A stretch of DNA of 64,000 nt, from the NCBI GenBank assembly GCA_030141605.1, contig JAQGDQ010000030.1, positions 789,171-853,170 of the forward strand, read 5' to 3'. Below are positions 1 to 13,889 of the stretch, piece after piece; position 1 is the first letter of the stretch; every line of letters starts with the position of its first letter. The notes below the pieces were generated by a model that saw only the letters and a program-made list of their open reading frames with translations, had not been told where the DNA came from and ran no database searches. The translations under genes and the position numbers were made by a program. This DNA comes from Tubiluchus corallicola. Taxonomy: Eukaryota > Animalia > Priapulida.

Positions 1-748
1 AATTATATCCGCAATAAGGATATGTGACACTGTTAACCAAAACTACTCCAAAGTTTCGGAAAAAATAAGTAGCTGTACAGTGACAGTGTACTGTTGAGGG
101 GCTGAACTTCGTTCTATTTTGCGTTCAAATTTTTCTCTCACTTAATTACACAGTATGTTATTTCGAGTCGTGTTAAAGCAAAACACCCCTATAAATTTAA
201 AATGTACTAATCTTACTCGAATGGAATTCATAAATCCCGCGTCCTGCTTGGCTCTAAATTAGAATACTCAACTGTTTTCACCTGCAAGTCTATAAATTCA
301 AGTGCCGCATCCTGTTTATTTGAGTTCGATGGTTGCTGGTGTTTGTAACGCCAAACAGGACAAGCCTGCACTTGTCCTCCTAGGACTTGTCTTGCAACTG
401 TTTCGGCGTAATGTGAGGAAGTGGTAGGCCCTCAAGGGGTTATGAGAAGAGAATTTTATTTAACAGTAACAATCCAGTTTTTACAAAGTTAGTAGATTAG
501 CTAACTTTTTTGTCGGGCCTTGTACCGCTTTTTTTAAGCTGGTGAATGTCTCCCAGTTGTTTGCTTTGTTAGTTCTCTTTCAGGATGTCGATTTCGAACC
601 GAGGTCTCTCGCCCAACGATGGTACTGGTTCATACCGTACAGGGGTGATTGCTAAAACCCTGGTCGCGAGAACCCGACGGCGGCACACTTTTAAGTCTAA
701 TACAAGTACATAGATTAATTCAGCTTTGAAGATTTATTGAAGACTTAC

Positions 749-2897
749 TAAACACTTAGCAAGAGTAAGAGATTCCAAGCTGAAGTGACAAACTGCATTC
801 GGCGCCAGTTTTGAAAACCCAGGCTATGAGTGGTACAAAGCAATACCCAACTAAGCAAATATCCCGGTGAAGTGTGTGGTCCTGTTTGGAAGAAAGATTT
901 TCTACAACTGAAAAAAGGAAAAGTGACACAGTGTTGACAGTCAAATAAAAGCAACATGCGAGAATGATGCACAAGAAAGAACATGAACATACAAGAAAAC
1001 ATCGGCCCAGTACCCGTCAACCACTATCTCAGAAGACTTGACTGACAAAAATCTGGTAGTCCTTGTATTACTGATTAGGAGGGTTACGCTGTTATACACG
1101 CAGGTTCAATGTTATACAAGCAAAAACTTTTTATTGAAAAGCAGTAACTGTTTTCAATTGTCCATGTGCATAAGCATTACTATTATCACACTCTGTTTTA
1201 AAAAGTAGCAACACAAACGCTTTAAGACAACAATTAATTTATCGAAATGTTGAGTGTTGTCATTTTTTGCGATACAAGTTACAAAAAACGAATTTTATAG
1301 TTTTATATTAGTAATATTTAGAAAATCTTCAAAACAAGTGAAAAGGCATGTGATTCCACCACCTGAAGAGGCACCAATACAAACGTCGAACTTTGTTTGG
1401 GCAGAGCAAGCCTAAGCCCATCCGCATTGTTTTGGGGATGCGGGATATATAAAATCGGTTTATATTGCTTTCAATGCACCGTTTATGCAGTCTACGCATG
1501 TTCTATTCAGTTTCTGTAGCTATTTCCTATTGTTTTTTTCCTCAGACTATTCCGCACATATTCAGAAAATGGAAAACGCATCCGCATCCGCATGCTATAT
1601 AAACGCAACTTAAGTATTGTTGCCAAAACAATTTCCCCGGCTTTCTCAGACACTTTCTTCGTCCCAAATGATTGGATTAAGCTAAATCTGAACCTACCAA
1701 GAGTAAAGGTGAACATGAAATAATGTACTTTGCTGACGTTTTGCGGCTTGGTGCTGACATAGCCAATTTTTTAAGACCCTAGCACAAGTAACGACATATT
1801 ACGATAGTACTAGAGTCAAACAGAAAAATGCATAGAAACTATGGACCAAAAGACATGTGAGACAATCACAAGGCATTAAACAGATTTTCAAATTAGAAAA
1901 ATTCACAACATACTCATCCAAAGCCAACGCATCCGAAGAGGAATCCAAGCATGTAGAAACTTTGACTGCTGGCAGCAAGCCACCCCTTTCCACAGACAAG
2001 ATCCCACTAAATGTATAGGGAATGTATAAACATCTCATTTTCATTACACATATGCATACATGGTGTTGGCAACAATCATCGCAATTGAAGAACATTTCCT
2101 TGTTTGGCCTAAAACAATACTTAGTTAAAAATAATCACAGGGTATAGAACGTCCATGCCCTGGTCAAATGTGACAGGCTATTATCCTCAGCATCGCTTTG
2201 ATATTAATTTTACCACCATTACCACGATACTATTGTCATTATTATCAGTATCACAAAATCTACCATTTACTTAATAATCATCAAGTTATGGCTAATTATT
2301 TGTCACTCAAAGACGTTTCGTGTCTGAAAACTAAAACGATATTGTACATTTTTACTTTATCCTTAACTTACTTCAGTAACCACTGTAATATCACCTGGTT
2401 CTACTTCATACACCCAGCTATCTCGACAGGTAAATGTCTTGTTGTCAGATTCGTACAAATGTGGTGGTGTGAGGATGTTGCTTCCATTTCTTTCATAAAA
2501 TACACTTGATCATATGGCCTTTGTAAATACATTGTGTATTTCGAATACGTATATTTGTTCTTTTGTTTTTCTAGTGATATAGAAAGATTCTTCTGTATTT
2601 CATGTGGCAAGTATACCACTTCCGGTGTTTCGCACCAGTAACTTATGGGACTGTACCCAAGAAATAGTATGATGGTATTTTGCATGGCCAAAAAAATTTG
2701 AAAATAACAGTAGAAACATTTACTATTCAATGGCATTTTCCAAAACTGCCTATGTGATTAATGATTGCATCAAAATTTTTGTGTTCGTCTTCTGCAATTC
2801 CATCTACTTGTTCACAATAAGTGCAATTTTGCCATTTTCGCCTGATAACTCCGTCACTGTCTTCTGTGAGATTCATAACAGAATTCATTTTTACCAT
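749..2897 (-). pseudogene. SLC22 (organic cation/anion transporter) family pseudogene, two recognisable decayed exons
   Basis: The exon-1-like segment ~2372-2897 needs three frames: ...NFDAIINHIGSFGK / IFLAMQNTIILFLGYSPISYWCETP...SISLEK...YSKYTMY / ...TFTCRDSWVYEVEPGDITVVTE, then GTAAGT (2371-2366). SLC22 genes have an intron after TIVTE at this position. A second segment, 749-907 (ttttcag acceptor, GTAAGT donor), reads VVENLSSK...VGYCFVPLIAWVF then frameshifts to QNWRRMQ, matching the SLC22 'E..g...R...G...WR.lQ' exon. There are at least 3 frameshifts. Confidence 0.7.
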
Positions 2898-2989
2898 TTG
2901 AAGAAAAGCCAAAAAGTACTTGTCACTATTCCATATTCACTTCCTCTTGCAAAATAGAGAAATTGTGATTTCTACATATATCTCACTTT

Positions 2990-4114
2990 TGCATAACTTT
3001 TGTCTTAGAAAGTAGCTATAGCGAAAGCATTCCAGCTTAGACACATTCACATTCAGAAAAACACCTTCATTTTTATTTATTTAGTGACTATCAACTACAA
3101 ACATCTAGAGATTTATGGCATGTATCAGACACGTGCTGTTACGCCGTTTTGTTAAGCGCTTTTGCAGCGATTTTGGCAATAGCGTTAAAAACGCAGTAAG
3201 AAAAACTGGTCAAAACGGGCCTCCGTCAATCACTACAGTTTATTGTGCAGTCCGTGTCAAAGACGTCCGGTCTTACTGCCGAACTTGAAAAAAATTCTGG
3301 AATATGGACAATCTTAGAGTTGTTTACTAAAAAAAAATCAGCAACTATCCTGGATATTATTATTATTATTATTAATATTATTATTATTATCATTGCTATT
3401 ATTTATTTATTTATTTATATTGAAATTTAAAATTGCACACACAAAAACATATTTACAAAACGCAAACCCTCTATTTGCAGGGTACATCCTGGATAGCTTC
3501 TGTCAAGGTTATAATTTTCAGCTGGCTAAGTAAAAATACATTTCAATGATTCAAGTGTTTGAGATCTGTTACCCTTCGTGATCTATGCATTTAAGCACTT
3601 TTAAACTTCAGTCAAGAATTGAACTAGATGTGTACATGAAGCAACACGCAGTAAAAGTGTCGCACGCTAAACTGAATGGTGATAAACTGTTTGGTAAAGC
3701 CATTGTGTGACTATTATGCCGCAGTGCTCAACGATATGATGATAACTGCTACTTTTTTCAGCGATTAATAAGGAATGGAAACGTGTGTCACAAATAATTA
3801 ATTTTTAAAGAAAACTGAGTGATGAACACAAACTTCCTATGTACGAAATACACATCACACTGTTAACTACATTTATGATTGCATTTAGAGTACAAACTCT
3901 GATGTTATACTGAGCGGTGTCAGCTTGTTGTGCCTGGGAGGACTAATCAACACTGAGGGTCGTGCATAACTTTTGTCTTAGAAAGTAGCTATAGCGAAAG
4001 CATTCCAGCTTAGACACATTCACATTCAGAAAAGCACATTCATTTTTATTTATTTAGTGACTATCAACTACAAACATCTGGAGATTTATGGCATGTATCA
4101 GACACGTGCTGTTA
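2990..4114. repeat. 152-bp near-identical direct repeat pair (2990-3141 and 3963-4114)
   Basis: Both copies run TGCATAACTTTTGTCTTAGAAAGTAGC...GACACGTGCTGTTA and differ at only a few positions. Confidence 0.9.
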
Positions 4115-7100
4115 TGATCACATTACATGTTTGTAGTTGCAAAAACGTAGAGGCAAGCGTAGAGGCAAGCAACTGGACTCCCGCCAAGCGGTAAAACAAG
4201 TCTTTGGCCTTTAAAAGGCGTACTTTCAATTGAACTTTTATGATTTTACAAAACTATTTCTAAAGAATGAAAGATATCTCTGGTGATGGTGGTCTAGCTA
4301 TAATATGTAGCATGCGTTATAAAATAATATGAGGAAAGTCAGCTCGTCCTGTGATTCCTTACAAAACCATTAAACTGGGAACGTCTTTTCATTAACCTAT
4401 CTGGTGATGCCAGTTACTGACTAGTATGCGTCTACAGATCATCTTTCGCCAGTTGTAGCAATTCTGTTTACCGTCTGCGAATTAAAAATAGGATTATTTT
4501 TAACAAGGATAAATAGTTGATTATTGTTGAAAATTTTAATCTTTAGGCATAAGGTAGGACTCAAAGCGAGTATTAGAGCTAGCTAGGCTCGTAGAGCAAG
4601 TTTCCAGTAATTACTGATAGAGCCTGCTTGAATCAAGTGGCTAAGTCGCCAACTCGTAGTAATAATATCATAAATTTCTTTTTAGTAATGAGCCAATGTA
4701 TTTCGAATTACATGAACACTTTTTTCGCAAAGCGGTAAATTTCGTTGTTTACAATCAAATTAAGGAAGCCTCGGATTCACTATTAATGAATTTGATAAAA
4801 CTATTAACTGTGAATTATAAATTCCGTAAAGTGAATAATCTGCATAAAATGTGTGATGCATTTGGAGAATAATTATCACTATTATTATGTTATCTATTGC
4901 TATTTAAGATTACAAGAAGCAGAGTACTTATCCAAAAGTATAAGAAAGCCGTTGCGTATGGCTTCTGGTCAATTGACTTGGCTCTGTCGATGAGCGTGAA
5001 GATATTGACATTATTTACAGTTATTATTCAAAAGCATTTGTCAAAGAATCCCAAGAAAAGCTGCTGTTTAAATTTAAAAATTACTTTCGGGTCAAATTTG
5101 ACACGCTTACTATCTTTTTAAATGATCGTACTTGGTAGGTGAAAGCCGTCTCTAGTTTTTCCGACTATGCTCATATTGCGTCTATGGTGGGCAGGGCTCT
5201 GTCCTCGGACCCATTTTGTTCATAATTTATTTAAATTGGTGCAGTAGCTTTTCGTCAAAATTTCAGCGAAAGACCAAAGTTTTTAGCAAGTGTTGTAATT
5301 TATTTGATATTCTAAAGCGTTTTGGACGACTTTTAAAAGTCCGCTGTTTGGATCCTTTCTCGATACTAAATATGTTCAAAGTTATTTTAGTTGCGAAGTC
5401 TTGAAGTAGTTGCACGTCTCCTACGTCTCCCAGCTGAAGTTGTCTCTGTCCCGTGTCTTAACAAAATTACTTTCAATGAAAAATCGAATTTTTAATAATT
5501 ATCTCAAAACAGGTAGTATTTATACAGGTATACTTTTTGCATGTTTGCTTGTTTATCTTTGTTTTGTTTTTTAGCCAAAAGAATCAGACGAACACGTTTA
5601 GCCTGATCATCGACCTTGGCGGAGATCTGCTTCCTACTGAGAGCATTTTAATTTATTTGCGTCAAAATAACGTACGTGCCATTTTTTCTTTTTTCCATTT
5701 GTGCCGTTTTTTCTGTGCCGTTTTACCTGTGGCATTTTACCTACATTCGTAGCCAGCTTGTGTAGTTGCTTGGGCTTTTTAAAGCTAAGTGATTCTGTAA
5801 CTCCCACCGTACCATCCAACGACTTCAGGCGCATTCACTCGCTCCTAATCTAAGGGGTGCAAGCATACATAAACATTAAGAAAAAATGACTAGGTAAAGC
5901 CACAAAAAGTTCTGCTTTTTGCTTCTTCTTTGTCTCGTTGATCAGGTTAAAAAAATAAACCGTGAATCAAGGTGACGACAGTACGATACGGTTCACAAGA
6001 TTTTCTTTAAAGGTAGAAGCAGAATTACGGCGTTATGTATTATTCTTTCTGTATTTTTATCATATCTTTACTATATAATTTTATTCAGCTTTGAAAAATT
6101 CAAACAAATTTAAAATCAAAACTACTTTCATTGGTAACTATTATTTTAATCGTCTGAGTTACTTACTTTTTTTAGGATCGTCTCTTTTGACAGTGTTTAT
6201 ATTGAGCTGTGAAAGATTTAAAGACAGTGATCTGCCTCTACACTTCAGTTTTACTACACTTCAGATCAGGCGCATTCAGATCAGCGAGTTTTCTCGCCAA
6301 GTAAATTCGCCAAAAAGTCGCAAGTTGGTTAGTTGGAATTTAGATTATGTGATTGTCATTTCTTTGTAAATTGTATCCGCCTCCCCGAATTCGGAACGTT
6401 TAGAGTCTTTGTCGATGTAATTATTGCTTAATTACCACCTGTGTTAAACATCTTGCCAACAAAAGAAGTTCGAGACGAGCCCACTTACTCAGCAACCTCA
6501 ATAAAAAAAACTTCGAAATATATTTACAACACGCAATGGACAGTTTAAATGCTGACGTTTAAAAATGGTGCATTAACAAAGCAAATCTGAGAAAGGTTGC
6601 AAGCAGTAGTTGTATTTAGCCGGAGTATTTTTGAATACTTAAAATAAAAGCAACCACTCATATAAATACTACAAAATATTTTTAAATAACGTGAGCGCGT
6701 ATTTCTGCCCTCTTCAATGTAACCAAAAACAACCAAGCACATTTGGCAATATTAGAAATACGCTGTGTAAGAAGCTTACTGAAGCATTTTCTTTTACATT
6801 GAAACAATGTGACTAGCAGTTTGCCAGAAGTTGATTTTTGAAAAGACCTTTCAAAATTGTAGTTACTGTGATTTCATCATATGAATCAACAGTTTTATTA
6901 AACTCATACATAGTCACACTTCTTCTGTTTACACTTTAGGCTTTAGACTACCATACAAAACTTAAACAGGTTTTGAGTTACGCATAAGGTATGGCACTAT
7001 TCGCAATAGACAACGCACTTTGAAGCTCAGTTTTCTGGCGTTTTCTGTCTCAGTTTTTGTCGACAATAAACCACGTGTATTGCGCCAGCACATGCTTGCG

Positions 7101-7366
7101 ATTTTGTAGGCAGCGGCCTTAAAATAAATAGCACTATACACATGTAATTATTATCGCATGAAATTTATTAATTCAAATATCGCCTTTGTCTGTAGGTAGC
7201 CGACTATAATGTTGCTCATAAACCAAAAAAACGCACGACGTCAACAGGGGTATTTTATTATTAAATTGTATTAATTTTTGAGTCAAGTTTTTAATTTTTG
7301 CTAAAAATAAGTTATAAAAAATTAATTAGAAAGGGTTATCGCAAATGTATTGTAATACCACGTCAT

Positions 7367-10300
7367 CTAAACACCGCGGTTCTGAGAATCAACATCACAC
7401 TTAAAAGGCTGCAGACTAGATGGCAGTATTTGAATGTTGCCACGTAGACCTCCTCTGACGTCACTCCACTTGAAAATGGTACCCTTGTCGGCATTACAAC
7501 TAGAGGAAAGGACAGATACCTCATCAAGACTCAGCTCTCTGTCATACAAATTGATATCGGTTAGGCCTCCCACAAAACTCTGCTCCGGATCAAAGTCGCC
7601 ACCTGGTACATCCTGATCTTGACCAATCACAAACGTTCCACCTTGCTATAACATGAAAAATATACCATTCGTTTAGATTTTTAGAAGATGCCACTGCTTC
7701 TGCAATGGACAACTTTGTGACCATTTTGATTTTGGGATATTATCTACTTTTCCCAAATGATAATGCAATAAAACTCAAGACTAATCAAAATTATACCAGA
7801 AAATAAGCTTTTTCTAATTATTTCCCAGTGCTTATACCTAAGAAATGTTTTTTTGCATTATTTTATTTGTAAGCTAATTATCTACAGATACTACAAATAC
7901 CACAGAAAAGAAGTCCAATGGTAAATTGAAATAGAGAAAGCCCTTATTTGGCATCTAGGGACTTCAGAAGTATAGCAGAAAGAAGACTGTCGTTACAATC
8001 AAACTGTCAACGTTTAGGAGTCTCTAGGGAGAAAGCCCAACAGCATCTTCCCTGGAACTAACTCTGCAAAAGTGTGCATGTTTACCGCAATGACGTAATC
8101 AGGACTGAGAACGTCTTCTTCCAACACGTAACCGTCCAAGTAGATGGTTGAGTTTCCCATCTCACCGTTCCACGTACCGCACATGTGGTGCCATCTTCCG
8201 TCACGAATATATTTATTTTCAACTTCTCTTAACCTGCAATACTAAATTTGTAATCACACTTGCGCTGTATTTGGAATTACAGTCCGTGTAAAAATAATAA
8301 TTATATATGGAGTTTACGTGAAATCCGTATGCAAGCTCCTATTGTTCGCTATTATGCGAAAATACCTAATTAACAACGATCGCGGATTGTCAATCAATGG
8401 GAATTCATGCAGATTCGCGCTAATAATTTTGCTGAATTTTACTTAAATGCAGCAAAATTGCGAAAACAAGTTAAATAATCATGGATGCTCGGTATAGTGA
8501 ATATCAGCATAGATGTGAGACCACGAATATATTAACAGAAAATGGTAGCTATGAGCGTCAATACTCTGTTGTCCATAGTTTTCAAGTGTAACTTTGGCGC
8601 CTAGAGATATGAGTCTCCAATGTCAATTGTAGTGCTGACAACGAACAGACTTAATTACTAACGCGAAAATATTCGGCGTTATTGTCTACTGCCCGCTTCT
8701 CTCAGCCCAGATATATAATGCTACAGCTAAGCAGTTTTGTCAGTCGCCGCAAGAGCTACCTAGTGGTGGACGAACGCCCCCTTTGCACAACAGTATTTCA
8801 TTACTGTAGTAACATTCCCATTTTACTAAATACAATTCTTCGACTTTTAAAATTTAGGGTATAGCATAGCTTTATTCGTACGAAAATATGACTAAAAATT
8901 TGTGAGGGAAAGCTGAACAAGTGATAGGCAGGTTATTCTTCTGCAGCTGGCCAATAAAAAAATTGCACTACACTTGAATGTCAAACATGACTTTTGGTAG
9001 CGTTTCGGCAAAAACATTTTCAAGTACACCAAATAAGTTATAAAAGGCTGTACTGCCATTAGCCCTGGAAATTGGGAATTTTACGTGGTATTATTGGGAA
9101 GTTCGCGCATGTCCAGGTTCACAGAATCCCCCCCCCCCCCCGTTTTGCCGAGTGTTTCAACTGTATGCAATTACTACTGTATTATTTAAACTGGGACAAT
9201 CAACTACCATTACCCTCATATGGCTTTAATCACCGAATTAACCAAAAAATTAACACAGAATGATACGATGCGTTTTTTCCTAAGTCTTTTCAGCTCTACT
9301 GTTTTACGTTAAACTAAAATGAAGGTCTTCAATAAAGGTACAGGCCCACATCCTGATATGAAATCGCTATAGGCAAACGTGTTTTGACATTTTTAAACCC
9401 AAAAGCAATGGATTCCAGGTCTTGTCAACACCCATATTTGTGCCAGGTTTGGTTTTTATAGCTTCTTTCCTTTTGATTTTATAGTCTAGTCATATTTTGA
9501 TCTTGTGATCTTGATTCCTGATCGGTCAGTCAAAGTTCAAGATTACCTTTAATTCACATTTATCAAAGATTTGGTAAACGTGAATCGAATCAGAAGTTTA
9601 GAGCCCGCTAAATGTTCGGATAGATCGTCATACGCACAGAGCCGGATTATGAGGTTTTGGGACCGCTAGGCTAATGAAATTATGGACCCCTCAGGCGGAG
9701 ACAACCTCTAATTTGCTCGCACTCGTCTCGAATATTGTTACTTGTGATATATTTTAGCAACATTTCCATATTTCAAATAAATGTCTTCAAAAAGCCGCCC
9801 TTATTTCAAATAAAGGGCATCAAACAAGGGTCTCAAACTTTATCTCAAATTGGGAGCCACTTTAAAATTGGATTTTGACTTCCTGATTTAGAGTCAACAA
9901 TGCAAGTATGGGCTCCCAAGCTCGAGGGACCGTAGGCTGCAACCTATACTAGCCTATAGAGTAATCCAGCCCTGCATACACCTCAATTTGTCGAGTGTAC
10001 AGTTAATTATTGCTTGATTGTACGACTAATTTTCTACTAAAAATTTTCAGTTATTAGTCGTTTTCCCGACAGTGTACCAAATTTGCGTCAAAATTATTAT
10101 TTTTAAGGCTATAACGGCCTGCTAGCATACCCGATTATATACATTATAATGAAAATCATTTAACAGGTACTTACTGATGTTCAATTCCTATATGCCAAGA
10201 TAAACCAGGCTCTTCTAATCCCATCCATATATCATTGTTTAAAGTGTCTGTGGTGGCGTAAGATATTATTGACAACGTCCCAGCCCTGGATGTAGTGCGG

Positions 10301-10437
10301 AACCAGGCACAAGCTGACAAAGCAGACATAACTGGCAAGGCATCATACTTAATGTAGTAGTCAGTCACTTGTGGTTGCGTTGTTAACAGCTCGAAATAAT
10401 CCAGTTGACAGTTCACAGTACACACTGTGAGAAAGCA

Positions 10438-10526
<89 letters not shown>

Positions 10527-10560
10527 TAACAACAACAACAACAATAATAATAATAATAAC

Positions 10561-10596
<36 letters not shown>

Positions 10597-11239
10597 GCAA
10601 CTTGAAACGATATAGCAATAGTCTAAATGGGTGGTACCTAAATTTCTTCTAACAAGAGGTGTAAAAACGAGGTAAATTTAATACAAAACGTTTATAGAAT
10701 AATGTCGAAAATTTAATGCATAAATCATCATATTCATGTAGCGTAATTTTTCGCACGTCCAGCAGGAGTAGCAAATCTTGTTGACCCCTAATTGTGCACC
10801 CATGTATTTATGCATAACTGTATATTTAATAAGTGTTTATATTTAGAAAAGAATAAACCTATACTAGCAGCTTTGTTTAGCAATAATAGAATTGACAGTT
10901 GTGATTTCAGTTTCAGTAATAAACTAATTTTAGTAAAATTTCGTAATTGTTAGGTATCAATAATTATAAAAAAACAAGAATATAAGGAAATCGAACCAAA
11001 ACTAAAATTATAATAAAAAGTGCGACTCCGATTTTCATAAAACTAGGGAAAAAGCAAGATGCTGAAGACAATATACATTTTAAACTTAATTACTTTTATA
11101 CGTTAAACAATTTCTAAATGCTAAAAAGTTTTGATAAATCACCACCTCTAGGATATAAGAAGTAAACGATCAACATATCTGGGCATATGTACTTACCAAG
11201 AAACAAAGTTGTTAGTAATATTTGCGCCTTAATTTCCAT
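7367..11239 (-). CDS. Secreted short pentraxin (CRP/SAP-like), 239 aa, 4 coding exons
   Basis: Exons 11239-11197, 10424-10175, 8233-8086 and 7645-7367 are all GT-AG and join in frame (720 nt). Signal peptide MEIKAQILLTTLFLVCTVNC; pentraxin motifs SACAWFRT, SIISYAT, DGRWHHMCGTW (HxCxTW signature), IYLDG and FVIGQDQDVPGGDFDPEQSFVGGLTDINLYDREL. Confidence 0.93.
9637..9974. mobile_element. Non-autonomous hAT-like MITE in pentraxin intron 2
   Basis: TIRs CAGAGCCGGATTA / TAATCCAGCCCTG; degenerate 8-bp TSD CATACGCA / CATACACC (6/8). Confidence 0.55.
10439..10593. repeat. (AAT)n microsatellite with AAC interruptions
   Basis: Directly visible; source of the poly-N, poly-I and poly-Y ORFs. Confidence 0.98.
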
Positions 11240-13006
11240 GATAACAAAGTAAAAGAAAAATTCCTTACAGTTTTAAAGTGCCCACCACAAAATTTGTTTG
11301 TATGCACTGGATACCTAACCTCACTACATATGGACCTGTTATATTATGGTTCTCAGAAAAAAGAGATAATATAACTAATGTGCCTGCCCTGGAGTTCTGG
11401 ATTGTCTGGAGGGTAACAAGACAATATAGTTCCGGTTTAGAGGTTCAAGACAAGTTTATTTATAATGCAGTCTGTAATTACTGTAGCAGGTACAAAAGGC
11501 AGTCCGTGTAGTAGCTCATTAATAATGCTAACGTCAAGTTCTTGTGCGTATTTTGCTGTGACGTTTTGCGTTTCTGTATTCATTTTACGCTCATTTGCCA
11601 CGCATTCCTGTTTTATCATGTATATAGATTAGGCCGCTAGGAATGATAATGCAAAATGTGCATAATTTGCTTGCCTATAGATTTTGCATCTCTATTTTTG
11701 AAAGTAGCCTGCTCAGATCATAAGCGGAAAACTGGTTCAGTAAATGACATGGGCTGTCATAAGTAGATGAGACGAGAACAAAAGTCTCGCAAAATATTTA
11801 TTCATCAAGTAGATTTATATAATCAATATTGCAAATGTTTTCCATAGTGCTTACCTACCTTTTTTAACCATTAACTTTGTCGATGGTAATAGATTGACAA
11901 ATATATACGTGCTCACATACAAAGTCACCATATAAGGCTATACACATTAATAAGCAAACGTTGTAGACAGTGTTACACAGTTTTAAAAGCAAGAATTTCT
12001 CGAAATGGAACTAAAACTAACTCGCAGTACGTTGTTTGTCCAAGTGGAGATAACGAAAAAGAAGTATTAAACATCTCTCTGAGACCTCCACGAAGTGCTT
12101 CACAAAAGATTTTGTATGTGGTGTTCGGTCAAGTTTTGCGAAAAAAGGACAGGCGAAAAAGCACTCATTTTGACTGCCTAGACCCGCCTTCTCCACAAAG
12201 TTTCGTGGAAATCTGTTAGATAATTTTTAGTAATGGTTTACTGCTATAATTGAGAAGAAACCAACCAAACAAACAGTGTTGAAGCATAGCTTCCTCGTAG
12301 GTAAAAAACTAAAACAATTATCCTACTGTAACAATAACCCTAAACTCACATATTAATAAGCCGTTTTTTCTTGCGCCATTTATACCCACTTTTCCATTTG
12401 TGCCATTATTTACTGTGCCATTTTGCCGTGCCATGTTTCCTATGCTATTTTACCTCTGCCTGTTTTACTTACATTCGTTAGCTGTCGTTATTTAGCCTTA
12501 TCACACACTGTTGCTTCTATTTTTGTTTCTATATAATATAGTTACTTTTATTTGTTGCAGTTGTTTTAAACCGAAAGTACGCGCAGTTTTGCTTTTTTTG
12601 CTTCAGTTGAATTTTTAAAGACCAGTAAAGATATAAGCTGGCGTAACATGGATATAACGTCTTTACCATCGCCTACGTTTCAATACAAGAAAAATGACAT
12701 CGACTATTATGTGTTGCATATCTGGACAAATAGATGTCGCTACAAGTACCAATGTAAAACCTCCAGTATCAACCCGATAAAAGTTTTTGGCATGCTCATG
12801 TAATGCACAGATCGCAAGTCGTGTTTAGCCACGCCCAACTTGATGATGCAACACAGTTTTGCAAACTTCCTCACAGCATATAAAGGCTATCCATTTTAAA
12901 GGAGAAATTCATAATAGAGTAATGAACAAGACGCCCACGGACGCGGAGTTTAAATTACAGTTCGAACGGCTGCTTTGCTTCTGGGTGAAAAAGAAGGTCA
13001 TGGATA

Positions 13007-13875
13007 GTGCTTTATTGGCTGGCGTTTTTTTACAACGTTGAAACCTGGAATTCCAATTTGAGGCATACTATAGCAGAGTCAACGTATCTAGAACTGTTGA
13101 AGTCTCTTTTATCAGTGAGAGCAAGCACGTGTAACGAACTAGTCCAAATAGAAAGTGGATATCCTTCATTTAAAGTGTGGCTAACAGCACGCCAGATTAA
13201 TATGTGGTCTAAACTGTCTTCTGAACCTGAGAAACATGAGCCTCTAACGACTGCATCGAATATTAACAAAGCTGTTAACGGGAAGTTATCGAAATGTTTG
13301 GATGAATTACCGAGCAATAAAGCTGTTTTTCCAGAAACTTTATAGAAAGAAGTGATTCCATTAAGCGCGTGACGTATAGTTGCTAAATCCAGAATTAAAG
13401 ACTCCTACACTCCTTACGGATCTCTTGAACAGCATCGTATTGCTTTTACAAGGCTTCGTCTGCAGTTACATAACCTTCAAATAGAAACTGGACGGTGGTG
13501 ACTAGAACCTAGAGAACCTAGAGATTGTGTGACTGTGGTGCAATACAAACAGAAATCCATATTATTAGTGAATGCCCACTAACAGAACAAGTTAGGAATA
13601 ATTATTGTAACGCAAACTTCTCAAACTGTGCAGAATTCTTTGAAAATGAGCTAGTTTGTGTCAATTGTTATGAACTATTACGCAAAGTAGACAGTGATTA
13701 ACATCCTCCCAATTTTTTGCCTGACACGTTTTTGTTTTTTAGATCTATGTCGCTATACCCGCAAGCAATATAATTTTGGACTAAAATTTGTTATCTTGCT
13801 GGTTGTTGCCCCGCCAATATATTGTATATTTAGAGAAAAGTTTGATCAATAAATCTACTACTGCTACTACTACTA
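13007..13875 (+). mobile_element. 5'-truncated, degenerate non-LTR retrotransposon 3' end (L2/Crack/Nimb-like)
   Basis: LLKSLLSVRASTCNELVQIESG, then RIAFTRLRLQLHNLQIETGRW and a Cys/His knuckle remnant (CDCGAIQTEIHIISECP), typical of the ORF2 C-terminus of such LINEs. It ends in AATAAA plus a (CTA)n tail at 13848-13875. Confidence 0.7.
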
Positions 13876-13889
13876 AACAAACTGAAAAA

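Noticed and set aside
584-645. Plus-strand exon-like segment and a YWFIP peptide resembling SLC22
   Set aside because: Wrong strand for the pseudogene, no ESPRWL follows, and no partner exons were found.
1799-2095. 98-aa minus-strand ORF as an SLC22 exon or transposase (ERGGLL)
   Set aside because: Only a few matching residues and no convincing family motif or splice context.
10361-10618. Poly-Y/N/I ORFs (also 20990, 21638, 46424, 51553-52133 and 62298-63023 ORFs)
   Set aside because: They are translations of microsatellites or low-complexity DNA.
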